DNA from: Octopus sinensis
Taxonomy: Eukaryota
NCBI RefSeq assembly: GCF_006345805.1
Contig: NC_043000.1
Span: forward strand, 35,092,001-35,156,000
Reading direction: 5' to 3'
Length of the DNA stretch: 64,000 nt
Every line of letters begins with the position of its first letter. Position 1 is the first letter of the stretch. Below, piece by piece: positions 52,755-64,000 of the stretch. A program made the translations under genes and the position numbers. The notes beneath the pieces are model-generated. The model ran no database searches and was not told the DNA's origin. It was given only the letters and a program-made list of their open reading frames with translations.

Positions 52755-53145
52755 GTATCATTTTCCATGCTTACATGGATCAGAGAGAATTCATTGAGGT
52801 AGATTTTCTATGGCTGAATGTTCATTCTGTTGTTAACTTTCATCTGTTTCCAAGCAAGGTAATATTTCTCTGTGGCTGGACATGTTTTCACGGAAGATTG
52901 GAAACAAATGACACTGCTTGTATGACAGTGACACTTGTTTACAACTACCATGTGATATTAGAGCAAGAAAGCATGTGCGCACACACACACACACACTTGA
53001 TGGACTTCTTTAAGTTTCTGTCTTCCAAATCCACTTGCAAGGCTTTGGTCATCTTGTGGTTATAGTCGAAATCACTTGCCCAAAGTACCATCTAGTGGGG
53101 CTGAACCTAACTGTAATCATGCATGAACTTAATCACCCAACCAGA
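52755..53145 (-). mobile_element. Family A head joined through (CA)n to a different body with an RTE-type tail
   Basis: Head about 53000-53145; the tail's reverse complement ctgatccatgtaagcatggaaaa resembles family C ends. Confidence 0.55.
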
Positions 53146-53874
53146 TATGCATGTATAGTATTTTGTTGTTGTTGTTGTTATTGTCTAGCCCTGTAATAGG
53201 GTGCTGGGGGGGGGGTGCAATGGCAAAGTTCTGCAACAGGTAAAAAGAGATGATTTTACTATTCCACTTTGTTTATTATTTAAATCTCAAAGACAGACTT
53301 TTATCAAAGTATGGAGTGTTTTGTAATTATGAGAAGGTAGAGTAGATTTATCATGGAATTAATTAGTGAGATTAACCAATGATCAGTGCTGTTCATTTGG
53401 ATAAAGACAATCTTAGACTTTGTTTCAACTTCTCTAAATACTAATATTCAAAAGGTCAATACTAAGGAAAAATGATGATATTTATATAACTTTAACTGTG
53501 ACCTTTCACTTACTAAACGTATGGATTTGTATTTTCGTCGACAGTTGCTTTCCGTTTCTTTTTATATAAAATCTAAGCAAATATTTGCATCTGAATGTTT
53601 GATTCATGGCAAATAAATTGCATGTTTTCTATTTTCTGCTAATGAGTCACTTTGAATCTAGCAGTTATTTTATATACATTGCGATTTATTGATAAACGTA
53701 TGTTTAAAACATCATATAATATCTTCTTCAGTTGCTTAATATATGTCTATAGCTCTACACATGTTTATTTGTGCACTCTCTCTCTCTCTCCTCTTTCTTT
53801 CTCTTTCTACGGCAATTTTCCAAAATGGCTAAAATGGAATGGTTTAAACTAATTCAAGAACACTGAGCATGTAA

Positions 53875-53926
<52 letters not shown>

Positions 53927-53985
53927 CATATGTATGTGTGTTTATAATATATATATATATATACACACACACACATTCATGGAAT

Positions 53986-54016
<31 letters not shown>

Positions 54017-54859
54017 GTCCATGTGTGTATGTATATATTGTGGCATTATGAAGCTCAAGACCAAATGTCTATTTAAGTCTAAATTTACCATTCATCATGA
54101 GATATGAAATATTAAATTCTCTTGTAGTTTTTCTGTTCTCTTATTTAAATAAATGACTGATGAAGTTGGTTCCATGCTTGTGACTTTAATATGTGCTGCT
54201 GCACTCAAAGACGGTCTCAAGTGAGATCAAGTTCTTACTTTTGTTATTAACATGCTACTGTGTAGAATGGTTTCTATACTTCTTGCCTTTATTGGGAATC
54301 ATATACAGACAAAGTACCTTTCTGGAATTACTTTTAAATCTTCATGCTCCAAGTTCAAATCTCACTTCAGTTAACATTGCAGTTCATTCTTTCTGTATAA
54401 AATAAGGATCATAAGACGAGAAATAGGGTCAGTTAAGTCATCTGTGCTCCTTTTCTCAATGTATAACCTTTTCTTTTTATAACCTTACAAACCCTTTCTT
54501 GTTAGCCCTCATTTAAAGATTAATTGCAGTAAGCTCCCTCTTTGGTAAGAATGGCTGCACACACACACTCATATGGGTTGAAACGATCGTTGTGATAAAT
54601 AAAGAATTTCATGAATTCCATTTTCTTTATCATCCTGTTTCTCATTTGTTTTGCACACATATTCACACACATTCATACATTCTGTAGTAAAGTGGTTGTG
54701 GTTGGCATTATGTTAGGCATCCAACCATAGATGTCATCGCAAAGAAGACATTGGAACACAATGCAGTTGTTGGACTTATTGGATCCTGTCAAACTGTCCA
54801 ACCTCTGCCAGTATGGCACAGGGATATTAAATGATAACAACATGTGGGTGAACATATGC

Positions 54860-54903
<44 letters not shown>

Positions 54904-54987
54904 CATACACACACACACACATGTATACATATATATATATATGTATGTATATGTGTATATATATATGTATATATATATATATGTGTG

Positions 54988-55019
<32 letters not shown>

Positions 55020-55903
55020 ATATGTATGTATATATATGTATATTATATATATATATGTATATATATATATATTTATGTATATATATGTATGTATATATAT
55101 GTATATATATATATGTATATATGTATATATATATATGTATATATATACACACATATTCATACACATACATATATACATATACACACACACTCACAGACGC
55201 ATGTGTGTGTGTAGTATATATATATCTATACACTTAAATATTATTTCTATGTGTATTCATACATATATATGTATACATATAAATGTATATGCATACATAA
55301 ATATATATATATATATATATATACAAAATATGTATACAAACACACACACAACCACTACTGTTGAGAAATTTGGATTATTCTTTTACAATGCAAGTATTTA
55401 TTCTTGGCCTTATTCTTCCAAATAAATCCGTTAATCTTTGCATAAATTTCTGATGTACAAAGATCAATAAGTATTTCAGCTTTGATTGGGTTTGATTGCT
55501 ATGATCCTGAAAATAGATTTGTAACATTCAGAATAAAAATAAAGTGTAGTGGTGGGGAGGGAGGGGACGAAGAGGAGGAGGGGGAGAAGGTAGTAGTCGA
55601 AGTAGTTGTGACGGTGGTGATGTGGTGGTGGTGGTGGTGGTGGGGAGTCGGTTGTAACAATAGATGTCTGCTTCTGATGAAAACCTTGTCTTTTGAAGGT
55701 TTTCTGAACGTTCAGCTCTAAAGTTTCAGTGAGAAAACTGCAAGTAGCTTCAGTGTTGTTGTTGTCTGTGAGCGACCAATTGAAATAACCAGAGAGAGAA
55801 ATTGTGTACAAAGCAGAGAGGAGACTGGTGGTGTAAGACAAATAGTAATGAAATTCATTTAGATAATGATATTTGATGTCTTTGATGATATTTAATACAT
55901 GTG

Positions 55904-55954
<51 letters not shown>

Positions 55955-56052
55955 CTGTGTGTGTGTGTAATGTTTGTATATGTATGTTTGCATATATATA
56001 TATGTGTGTGTGTCAATGTATACACACGCACACACTTAATATATATAGTGTA

Positions 56053-56091
<39 letters not shown>

Positions 56092-56150
56092 ATATATATA
56101 TGTATATATATATATGTATATATATATATATGTATGTATATATATATATG

Positions 56151-56181
<31 letters not shown>

Positions 56182-56206
56182 GTATATATATATGTATATA
56201 TATGTG

Positions 56207-56239
<33 letters not shown>

Positions 56240-56302
56240 GTATATATATATGTATATATATATGTATGTATATATGTATATATATATGTATGCATATATA
56301 TG

Positions 56303-56341
<39 letters not shown>

Positions 56342-57329
56342 GTATATACATATATGTATATATATATGTATATACATATATGTATATATATATGTATATA
56401 CATATATACATATATATATGTGTATATATATGTATATACATATATATGTGTGTATATATATGTATATACATATATATATATGTGTATATATGTATATACA
56501 TATATATATGTGTATATATGTATATCCATATATATATGTGTATATATGTATATACATATATATGTGTATATATATGTATATACATATATACATATGTATA
56601 TACGTATATATGTATGTATATGTATATATATGTATGTATATATGTATATGAATATTTCTGTTTGCATCTGTTTAAACATTTTTTACTGTCATTGTAAGAT
56701 ATTAAGTAGAATGCATTAGAAAACCTATTTTTATGGATGGTGTGTGTGCATATATGTGTGTGTCTTTTTATGCTTCTATAAAGTTATTATTCAATGTGAT
56801 TCTTTATATTTGTGAGAGATAGAGTGAAATAGTAGAGGACCAATCTACATATGATTCTACTTCAATTAGAAATTAGTAGATTGCAGAGAACCACTACATT
56901 GCTTCCGATTGCATAGGCTTTGTCTTCTACAGCAGCACATATTCTATATTGTAAAATTTCCTCTTCATCGTTATTTTCATCATTTAACATCTTTCATGCA
57001 GGCAATGGTTTGGACGGTTTGATAGGCTCAGAATGGTTAGAGGACTGTGCCACACTCCTATGCCTACTTTAGCCTGGTTTCTACTGCTGGATACCCTTCC
57101 CAATACCATCTTTACAGAACATAGTGGGTGTTTTGTTTTTATGCCACCAGCACTACTGACGATGGCCTTGCAGAACTAGAGTTTAAAGTGGCCCCTACAA
57201 TTGAGAAAGAATAAAAGAGAGTGGAAAATTGTTCTTGGCGGAAAGATGATGGATGGTAAGTGAGAGGATGGGGGAAAATAGTAAGGAATGAGTAAGAGAT
57301 AAGGGATTAGTGACAGGGGTTACTGAGAA

Positions 57330-57560
57330 AAGTTGGAGGATAGGGTGGGTTGTGTAGGAAGTAAGTGATGGCAGGTATGATTTGGTGAATATAGGTGCAA
57401 GTGCTGGGTACAATGTTTAAGTGTGATAGAAGGGGTATTGTCAGGGTCTGTTGCCTCTTTGTTTGAAACAGTAGAAAGTATTTTCATGTGTGGCATCTGT
57501 ATAAGCAAACTGGAGAACCTTTTGGAATAGAAGACCGAGGATTCTGAAGGGTTTGGCCAA
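57330..57560 (-). mobile_element. CR1-group LINE fragment from the RT N-terminal region
   Basis: KILSTVSNKEATDPDNTPSITLKHC / PALAPIFTKSY, matching KATGPDGIP..LK.C..ELAP.L..LF. Confidence 0.7.
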
Positions 57561-57570
57561 TGGTGTACTA

Positions 57571-57755
57571 CAGTGGTTCCCAACACTTTTATTTCAATGA
57601 GTTTTCCCAAGGACCCCTTTTGATATGCTTATCCTTATGTAAATATATATATATTTATTTATAGATATATATAAAATTTTGAATTTAGTTCATGGTCTCC
57701 CAGTACAATCTTAGCAGACCACCAGGGGTCTGCTGATCCCAGGTTGAGGGGTAGG
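57571..57755. mobile_element. hAT-type MITE, inverted copy of 61346-61549
   Basis: cagtggttcccaac terminus; internal cttatccttat and aaattttgaatttagttca are reverse complements of segments in 61346-61549. Confidence 0.65.
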
Positions 57756-58352
57756 GATCAGCTGCAGTTTTGGTAGGTGAGATAGGTTGAGGGCCATATG
57801 ATACACATAGACGTCCTTTGTACACCAGTTGCATTCCTGGGTAACTGTTTGGGGGTGAGTGGAGGAGATTCTCCAAGTGTTGTAGGCCTTTTTTTTTTGC
57901 CTGAACTTCTGTGTGTTTAAGCAATAAGCCACCCCATCTCTATTTTAGTCCCATCCAATCAAAAAGGATCTTAGTCTTGTAGACTGTAAGATATCTTCAG
58001 TAGTGCTGGTGCTGTGTAAAATGCACCCATTACATTTTATAAAGGTATTAAGAAGGGCATTCAGCCATAGAAACCCTTCCAGAACAAACACCAGAGCACA
58101 ATGCAGTCTTCAAGACCTGTTAGATCCTGTCAAACATCCAACCCATGCTAGCATGGAAAAATGAACATTAAATGATGATGATGAGTAATAGATAAAGTAG
58201 GTGTTTACTTCTACCCCAAGCATTTCAATAAAAGTTCAAAGTCTTTGTTGACTTACATCTATGTTTATTGGTGAGCCATTGAAGTTAAACCTTTAGTTTC
58301 TTGTTACATATGTGTTCAATAAATAATGTTTTTTTTTTTTTGGAATTTTTAG

Positions 58353-58465
58353 AATTTATGATGAACCAACTTGGTCAACTTCTCCTTGTTACTCTTTGTG
58401 TAATCAGATGGATCAGTCACTTCATGTCAAATATCAGATATTTCCAACTTTTGTTGAAATTTCTG
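58353..58465 (+). CDS. Candidate internal exon of an unidentified host gene
   Basis: Poly-T tract plus tttttag acceptor; open frame xIYDEPTWSTSPCYSLCNQMDQSLHVKYQIFPTFVEIS; weak CTG|GTTAAA donor. Confidence 0.25.
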
Positions 58466-61139
58466 GTTAAAGCAGGGTGTTAATTTGAAGGTTAAATCAA
58501 CAAACTTTACTTCTGTCAGTCTTGACACAGATAGTTTAATCTTTAATCTTTTTCTATGTCAGTCATGACACAGAGTTTAATCTTTAAAGAAACCTTACCA
58601 TTCTTTATCTGTCAGTTTTGCTTGAACCAAATTATTGATGCTGACATTAAAGTTGATATTTCTGAATAATTAGGAGACCTTGTGTCTTTATATGTTTGAT
58701 TTGTTTAAAAAAACTAAATAATTAACGATAAAATATAATAATTGGCTCACTCTAATTAGTATTATCTAATTTCCTAACTGAGCTAATTATCGGTATTAAA
58801 TGATTCCATTAATTTTCAATGAAATCACACACTTTGTTATTCTTTGTACTTCAATCGTTGTGGAACCGAAAGTTTTATGCAATCTATTGTGGCATAGAAT
58901 GTTGCTCAGATCCCAAGCACCTTGGTATCGCTTGGTTGTTGTTATGAGTGACTTCTACACTCATCTTTAGTCACATGATGTGTAAGATTTCAAACAGTTT
59001 ATACTTTGTCTTTTTTTGGTAAAAAACTAGAAAAAGAAAAAAATATACTTCTAGGTTGCCATTTCTCAATTGTGATGAAGTTTTAATTATTCAAAATTAT
59101 ATTAAGGCAATGGAAGATATGTTAACTAATGTTTCTGGTGATATTGTTATTTATAATGTTGATGATGATCATCATCATCATCATTTCTTTCTTAATAAAG
59201 AATTTGACTGTTGTTTTAAAGGTTTCTTTCTAAAGATTCTATCATCCTTTATTCACAGTCATGTTGTTATTTACAAAACCAAATATTCACTCTTTTTTTT
59301 TTTTTATTAAATAATCCTTTCTTATCCTTTCTTGTTGTTAGTCATTTGTTAATGAAATGAAATTTCTCTTCTAAACTGGTAAAATGAAATCTTACAGTGA
59401 TTGAACACTGCTTCTCTACACTAGTAACCTATTCATTAGTGTTTCCATCAACTCTGCATTTCCATTAGCCTAGTACCCAATTGTCTTTAGGGCTTCAATC
59501 TCTAAATATACACACATATCCTTTCATTAACCTTTGTCTTAAAATCTGTATTTCTGGGGCTCCTGTTTTCATAATTGTGTCCCTTCTAAATAAAAATCTA
59601 ATGTTCTTCTTCACCTTAAATTCAATCCTCGTTAATTTTCGATGCTTCAGGGCTAATTAGCTTTTCTTATAAATATTGTTTGCTATTTCTATGCTCATCA
59701 GTTCTTGGACTTTTTTATACAATGTTTCCTATTAGTTGCAAACTTATACTTTACTGAATGTTCCCAATAGCCATAAAATTTTGTTATTGTTGTTGTGGTG
59801 GTGGTAATAGTATCACCAACACCAATAGCAGTAGTGGTAGGTGCAATAGAAGTAGATTTGCAAGTAGATACCTCCCTCCCTCCCTCAACATAGAATTCGG
59901 AAGTGAGAAGTAAGGTAGTAGGGGTTTATCATCCAATTACTCATCCAGCCGTTTGTAGTCTTCTTATTTCAGTTACTAAAATTTTACTCCTCAGAACTGG
60001 CTGGTCTTGTATCTCCACCGCTTACTATCCTCACCCCCAACACACCCAATCCCATCTCTCCAACTCTTATTACAGTTGTTGTGCCCAACCCTTATTTCCC
60101 CAGAATCTCCACCTACTGAAATCTTCTTTCTGTTCATCATGTTTTTTTTCTTAGATCCACCTTACCTGTCTTAGAGGGGTCTGCATTGGTCAAGGACAAT
60201 GCCTATTCTTACAGAATTAGCAGTTAAAAAATTGTTATATATATATATATATAATTCCGAGTCACAGTTCCAAATATTTGGATTTCAATGGAAACTATAT
60301 AATATCGAAGAATAGAATTTCTTATTATTTTTTAATCTAAATTTTGTTGTGCCATTGACACGATGATTTATATGTATGATAGAGATAAATAACAATAACA
60401 CTACCACTACTACTAAAACTAATAATAATAATAATAATAATTGCAACTGCAATAATATGAATAATAAACGTTAGTAGTTGGTCTATTTTTGATGTTTTAA
60501 GAAAGATGTCTTTTTAAATGAGGCAGTATTTTTAGTAATGCAGCATATTTCACTTCTACTTGCTTCATGGAATATCTCAAAATAAATTGGCAAAATAATA
60601 TTGTAATTAAAATCTATTTATTTATATTAATTTTATGTCCCATCAGCATCTATAAATTCACTGACACCAAATTTTGACTAAAGAATTTCCACAAATGAAA
60701 GAATGGTTTGAGACTCCAACTTTTGTAGAATTCCATGTGTTCGGTGAAACATTTCTTTTTATTTCTCTTAGTTTGGAAGTTTATCAACATTCAAATGGTA
60801 AAAACTAAAAAATAAAATTAAATAAAATAAAATTTTGCTGACGGTGGCTAAAAGAACAATTATTGATTGATTGAGTGAAAGACATTATATCACTCATTAT
60901 GGTAATTATTAGTTATTTTCTGGCTATTTACTGATTAGGGATACTTGAAAATTGTATGTAGGACCAGCACCAATCTTTGATTAACTTCAACTCTTTAGTT
61001 CCAGACATGTTTTGTCAACAATTTAAAATGGAAAAAATTCAGGTTTGGATCCAAAGCTGTTGAGTGACTCCACATTCAGTTTCCATTTTGATGATGAACA
61101 ACTTATGAGAAGATACAGTGATATTTTTATATTTGTAGA

Positions 61140-61424
61140 TATAAGCACTGGTACTTAATACCACATAGAAAGTACTGATGCTGGTGCCATGCAAAAAATA
61201 CTGGTGCTGCATAAAAAGCACCCTTTGTACATTCTGTAAAGTGGTTGGTATTAGGAAGGGCATCCAGCTGTAGAAACTATGCCAAAACAGACAGTAGAAC
61301 CTGGTGTGCTCTCAGCCTTCCCAGTTCCTGTCAAACCATCTCACCCAGTGGTTCCCAACCTGTGGTCTGCGAACCCTTGGTGGTTTTCAAAGGTAGTACC
61401 AGGGGTCTGTGAACTAAATTCAAA

Positions 61425-61469
<45 letters not shown>

Positions 61470-61600
61470 ATAAGTATATTAAAAGGGGTCCATGGAAAAA
61501 GTCTTTTAAATAAAAGGGTGTTTGGTAGTGAAAAGGTTGGGGACCACTGCTCTAACCCATGCTAGCATGGAAAACAGATGTTAAGTGACGATGATGATGA
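61140..61600 (+). mobile_element. Family C repeat interrupted by a hAT MITE
   Basis: ..ggaagggcatccagctgtagaaac..cctgtcaaaccatc [MITE] acccatgctagcatggaaaacagatgttaagtgacgatgatg. Confidence 0.8.
61346..61549. mobile_element. hAT (Charlie-like) MITE
   Basis: TIRs cagtggttcccaacct / aggttggggaccactg; flanking 8-mers atctcacc and ctctaacc match at 6/8 (degenerate TSD). Confidence 0.8.
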
Positions 61601-63764
61601 ATAATCTGTAGTATTTTGAAAAGCTGTTGGTATGGAAATATAAGGGTGGATGTGTGTATATGTTGTGCATTTTACACACATTATACAACTCTGTGTGTGT
61701 ATGTGTATAGATGTATTCATATAATCCATTGTAGCCTGTAAAAATAGATGTAAAACCAAATTACTTATGATGTATGGCTATGTATAACTTTATTCCATAG
61801 TAAGTTTGTTCATGACTAAGAAAGCTTGCCTTGTAATGCTGTTTCCAATTTCAGGAACAGGCTGTGATTTTACCAAAGAAATCTCTCTGCTTACTGAAAA
61901 TGTCAACCATCACAAACTACCTTCAATTTTTATCCCATTCTTAAATTGTCATTTTTTTTGGCTTTGACTACCCTGAAATCTAATTCCTCCTCTAGAATAA
62001 TCAAAATAATTATCATAGCCATCTTCTCCCTCTCATGCTGAATTCTTTTTTTTTCAACAAACTACAAACCATTTTACATCAACTTCCTTCCATTGAAATG
62101 CATTCTCTCTCTCTCTCCCTCTCTCTCTCCCACATACACTATTTATCTTGGTAATTCTAGAAATTAACATTGATTATATGGAATTATTAATTAATACCTA
62201 TAAGTATTTTAATTCTACAAGTTACTGTAGCTAGGGAGACTCAGTTTAAAATGAAACTGGTTTATCAGTTGATGATCCAACAGTTTGTATCTTGGCACTA
62301 ATCACATTCAGCTGTGTTTGGCAAAGTTTGCCTGGCTGGGAATGTTTACAGTAACAATAGATTTCAATGTTACATGCAGCAGTAGGAGCACTGTAAAATC
62401 ACTGAGTGTTTCATTGTCTTTCTGTTCTGAGTTCAGTTTCTTCTATAGTATTCCAACCAGATACACTATTCAGTGCTACTTGACTCATTAACATGTTCTT
62501 TGATTATTCAATTTAATGATGTGTGTGTGTGTAAATAGAATTGTCAAGAATTGTATTAACATAACTTTATAATTCCTGTGTCTGTCAAGATGGTTTATAC
62601 TTTCCAATGAAAATATTTGATTTCACAAAGGAATTTTTAAAGAGAAATCTTCTTCATATTTTAGCTAAACTTGTAGAATTTCATTCCCTATATTTCTTTC
62701 AGTTTTTAATTTTTCTTTTATTTTTCTTAATGGTTTACTCAGAGTATTCACAGACAGTTGTGTATTTCAAGAATACTTCATGAGATTTTCTCTTCCTATT
62801 TACTATTTCAATCTTCTCATCTTATTCTCTCTTTATACCCTGTCCTCAATCCATGACTATTTCTCACTGCCAATACTCCATCCTTCATAACCTGTTCATA
62901 CTTTCCAACTGCTTTTCTTGTTGACATTTTCCATGGTTCTTCTTGGCTATTGTAGTGGTTCCAAGCAGTCAATAATTCTCAGTACATTCACCAATGTTTT
63001 TATATTCATCCAACTGTTGCCATATTACTTCTCAAAGAATATAAGCCTGTGAAACTAATTGACTTTCTGTTATATCATCTTTATCTGTTTGTGATATCTA
63101 AAGAAGATCTGAGACATTATTTGTCACAGGCACTTGTTTACAGCAGCAGTAACATGCAATTAGGTTTCAGGCTAAAGATATAGAAGAAATCTTGTTTCAA
63201 AAATAAAGTCTGAGCTTGTTATACAAAAAACAATTGGAATTAAACCTCTTCATATAAGTTCTAACCTCCACATCACATTGCTGTGTCTGTTAAATGATAA
63301 TTAACTCTTGAGGAATAGTTTACCTTTCTTTATCTCTTCATCTTTTCTTACCATTTTTGTTCAACAGAGTCTTTATCACTTCATAAAAGACTGTCTTTTA
63401 TGCATCTTCTCAATGCATATAGCAGAATTTATTCCTGTGTTAGTCTGGCCATCTTAGATGTATCTTTTAGATGAATCAAAAACCATTGTCCCTCTCTTTG
63501 TAAGGTTAGGGATCGAAGCCTTTTAAAATAAACTTTGACCTTTTTTTTTTCCTTTTAGAAAAGTTTTTTCTCCCCCACCAAATGTTGTTTGTAGAATAAA
63601 TAGTTATTCCAGTGTCATGTTGCCAGTGATATTTACAGACAGACAAGTTGTAAGAAATGAGAGTTGGTCGACAAGCATTAGAAAAGTCGAAGTAAGGTTC
63701 TTCCTTAGAAATCATTGAATGACTTTGATTTGATTTTGAGCTTCTACATTTTCTTCTTTTTGTC

Positions 63765-63990
63765 TTTGCTTTTCCTGTTTTCAGTCTTTGGATTATACCC
63801 ATGCTGGAGCACTAGCTTATTTCCCTCTCTCAAATCAGTGATATCAGTCTCAGCACTTTGCCTGGTATGTATTTGATTGAGCTCATAAGGATGGAAGTCA
63901 GTCACTCCAGGGCATAAAGGGATGGAACAAAATACTACAGTAGTTTTGTGTGAAGTAGCAGTCCCCAGCCACCATACATACTCACACACA
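63765..63990 (-). mobile_element. Family A SINE tail, decayed
   Basis: ctgtttcagtc..ccatgctggagcac..cagtccccagcc followed by (CA)n at the window end. Confidence 0.6.
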
Positions 63991-64000
63991 CACACACACA

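Noticed and set aside
55551-55590. G-quadruplex
   Set aside because: The fourth G-tract is 13 nt away and the region is a generic purine-rich simple repeat.
58514-58586. About 30-bp local direct duplication (tgtcagtc.tgacacaga..gtttaatcttta)
   Set aside because: Ordinary short tandem duplication with no further structure.

Overview
AT-rich eukaryotic non-coding DNA, most likely an octopus intron or intergenic region. The taxon is inferred from recognisable cephalopod-type SINE families and very large (TA)n/(CA)n arrays, not from any database search. No intact host gene or functional RNA gene is recognisable, and almost all listed ORFs are microsatellite or antisense-repeat artefacts. The window is a mosaic of decayed mobile elements: three tRNA-SINE families, about 19 RTE-type (GAT)n-tailed copies, LINE remnants (Tx1/L1, RTE, RTE-BovB-like, CR1, R4/Dong), a Penelope RT/GIY-YIG remnant, a Tc1-type transposon with DD36E spacing, and hAT and Tigger-like MITEs. 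The most unusual signals are: (i) a tRNA-promoter-headed element ending in a Penelope-type hammerhead ribozyme, plus a second hammerhead elsewhere; (ii) an unclassified family of (TA)n-embedded elements sharing a core module and carrying long foldback hairpins; (iii) LINE/SINE partner tails visible within the window. A few candidate host exons are listed at low confidence. Repeat boundaries are approximate (about 10-30 bp) unless terminal inverted repeats are given.
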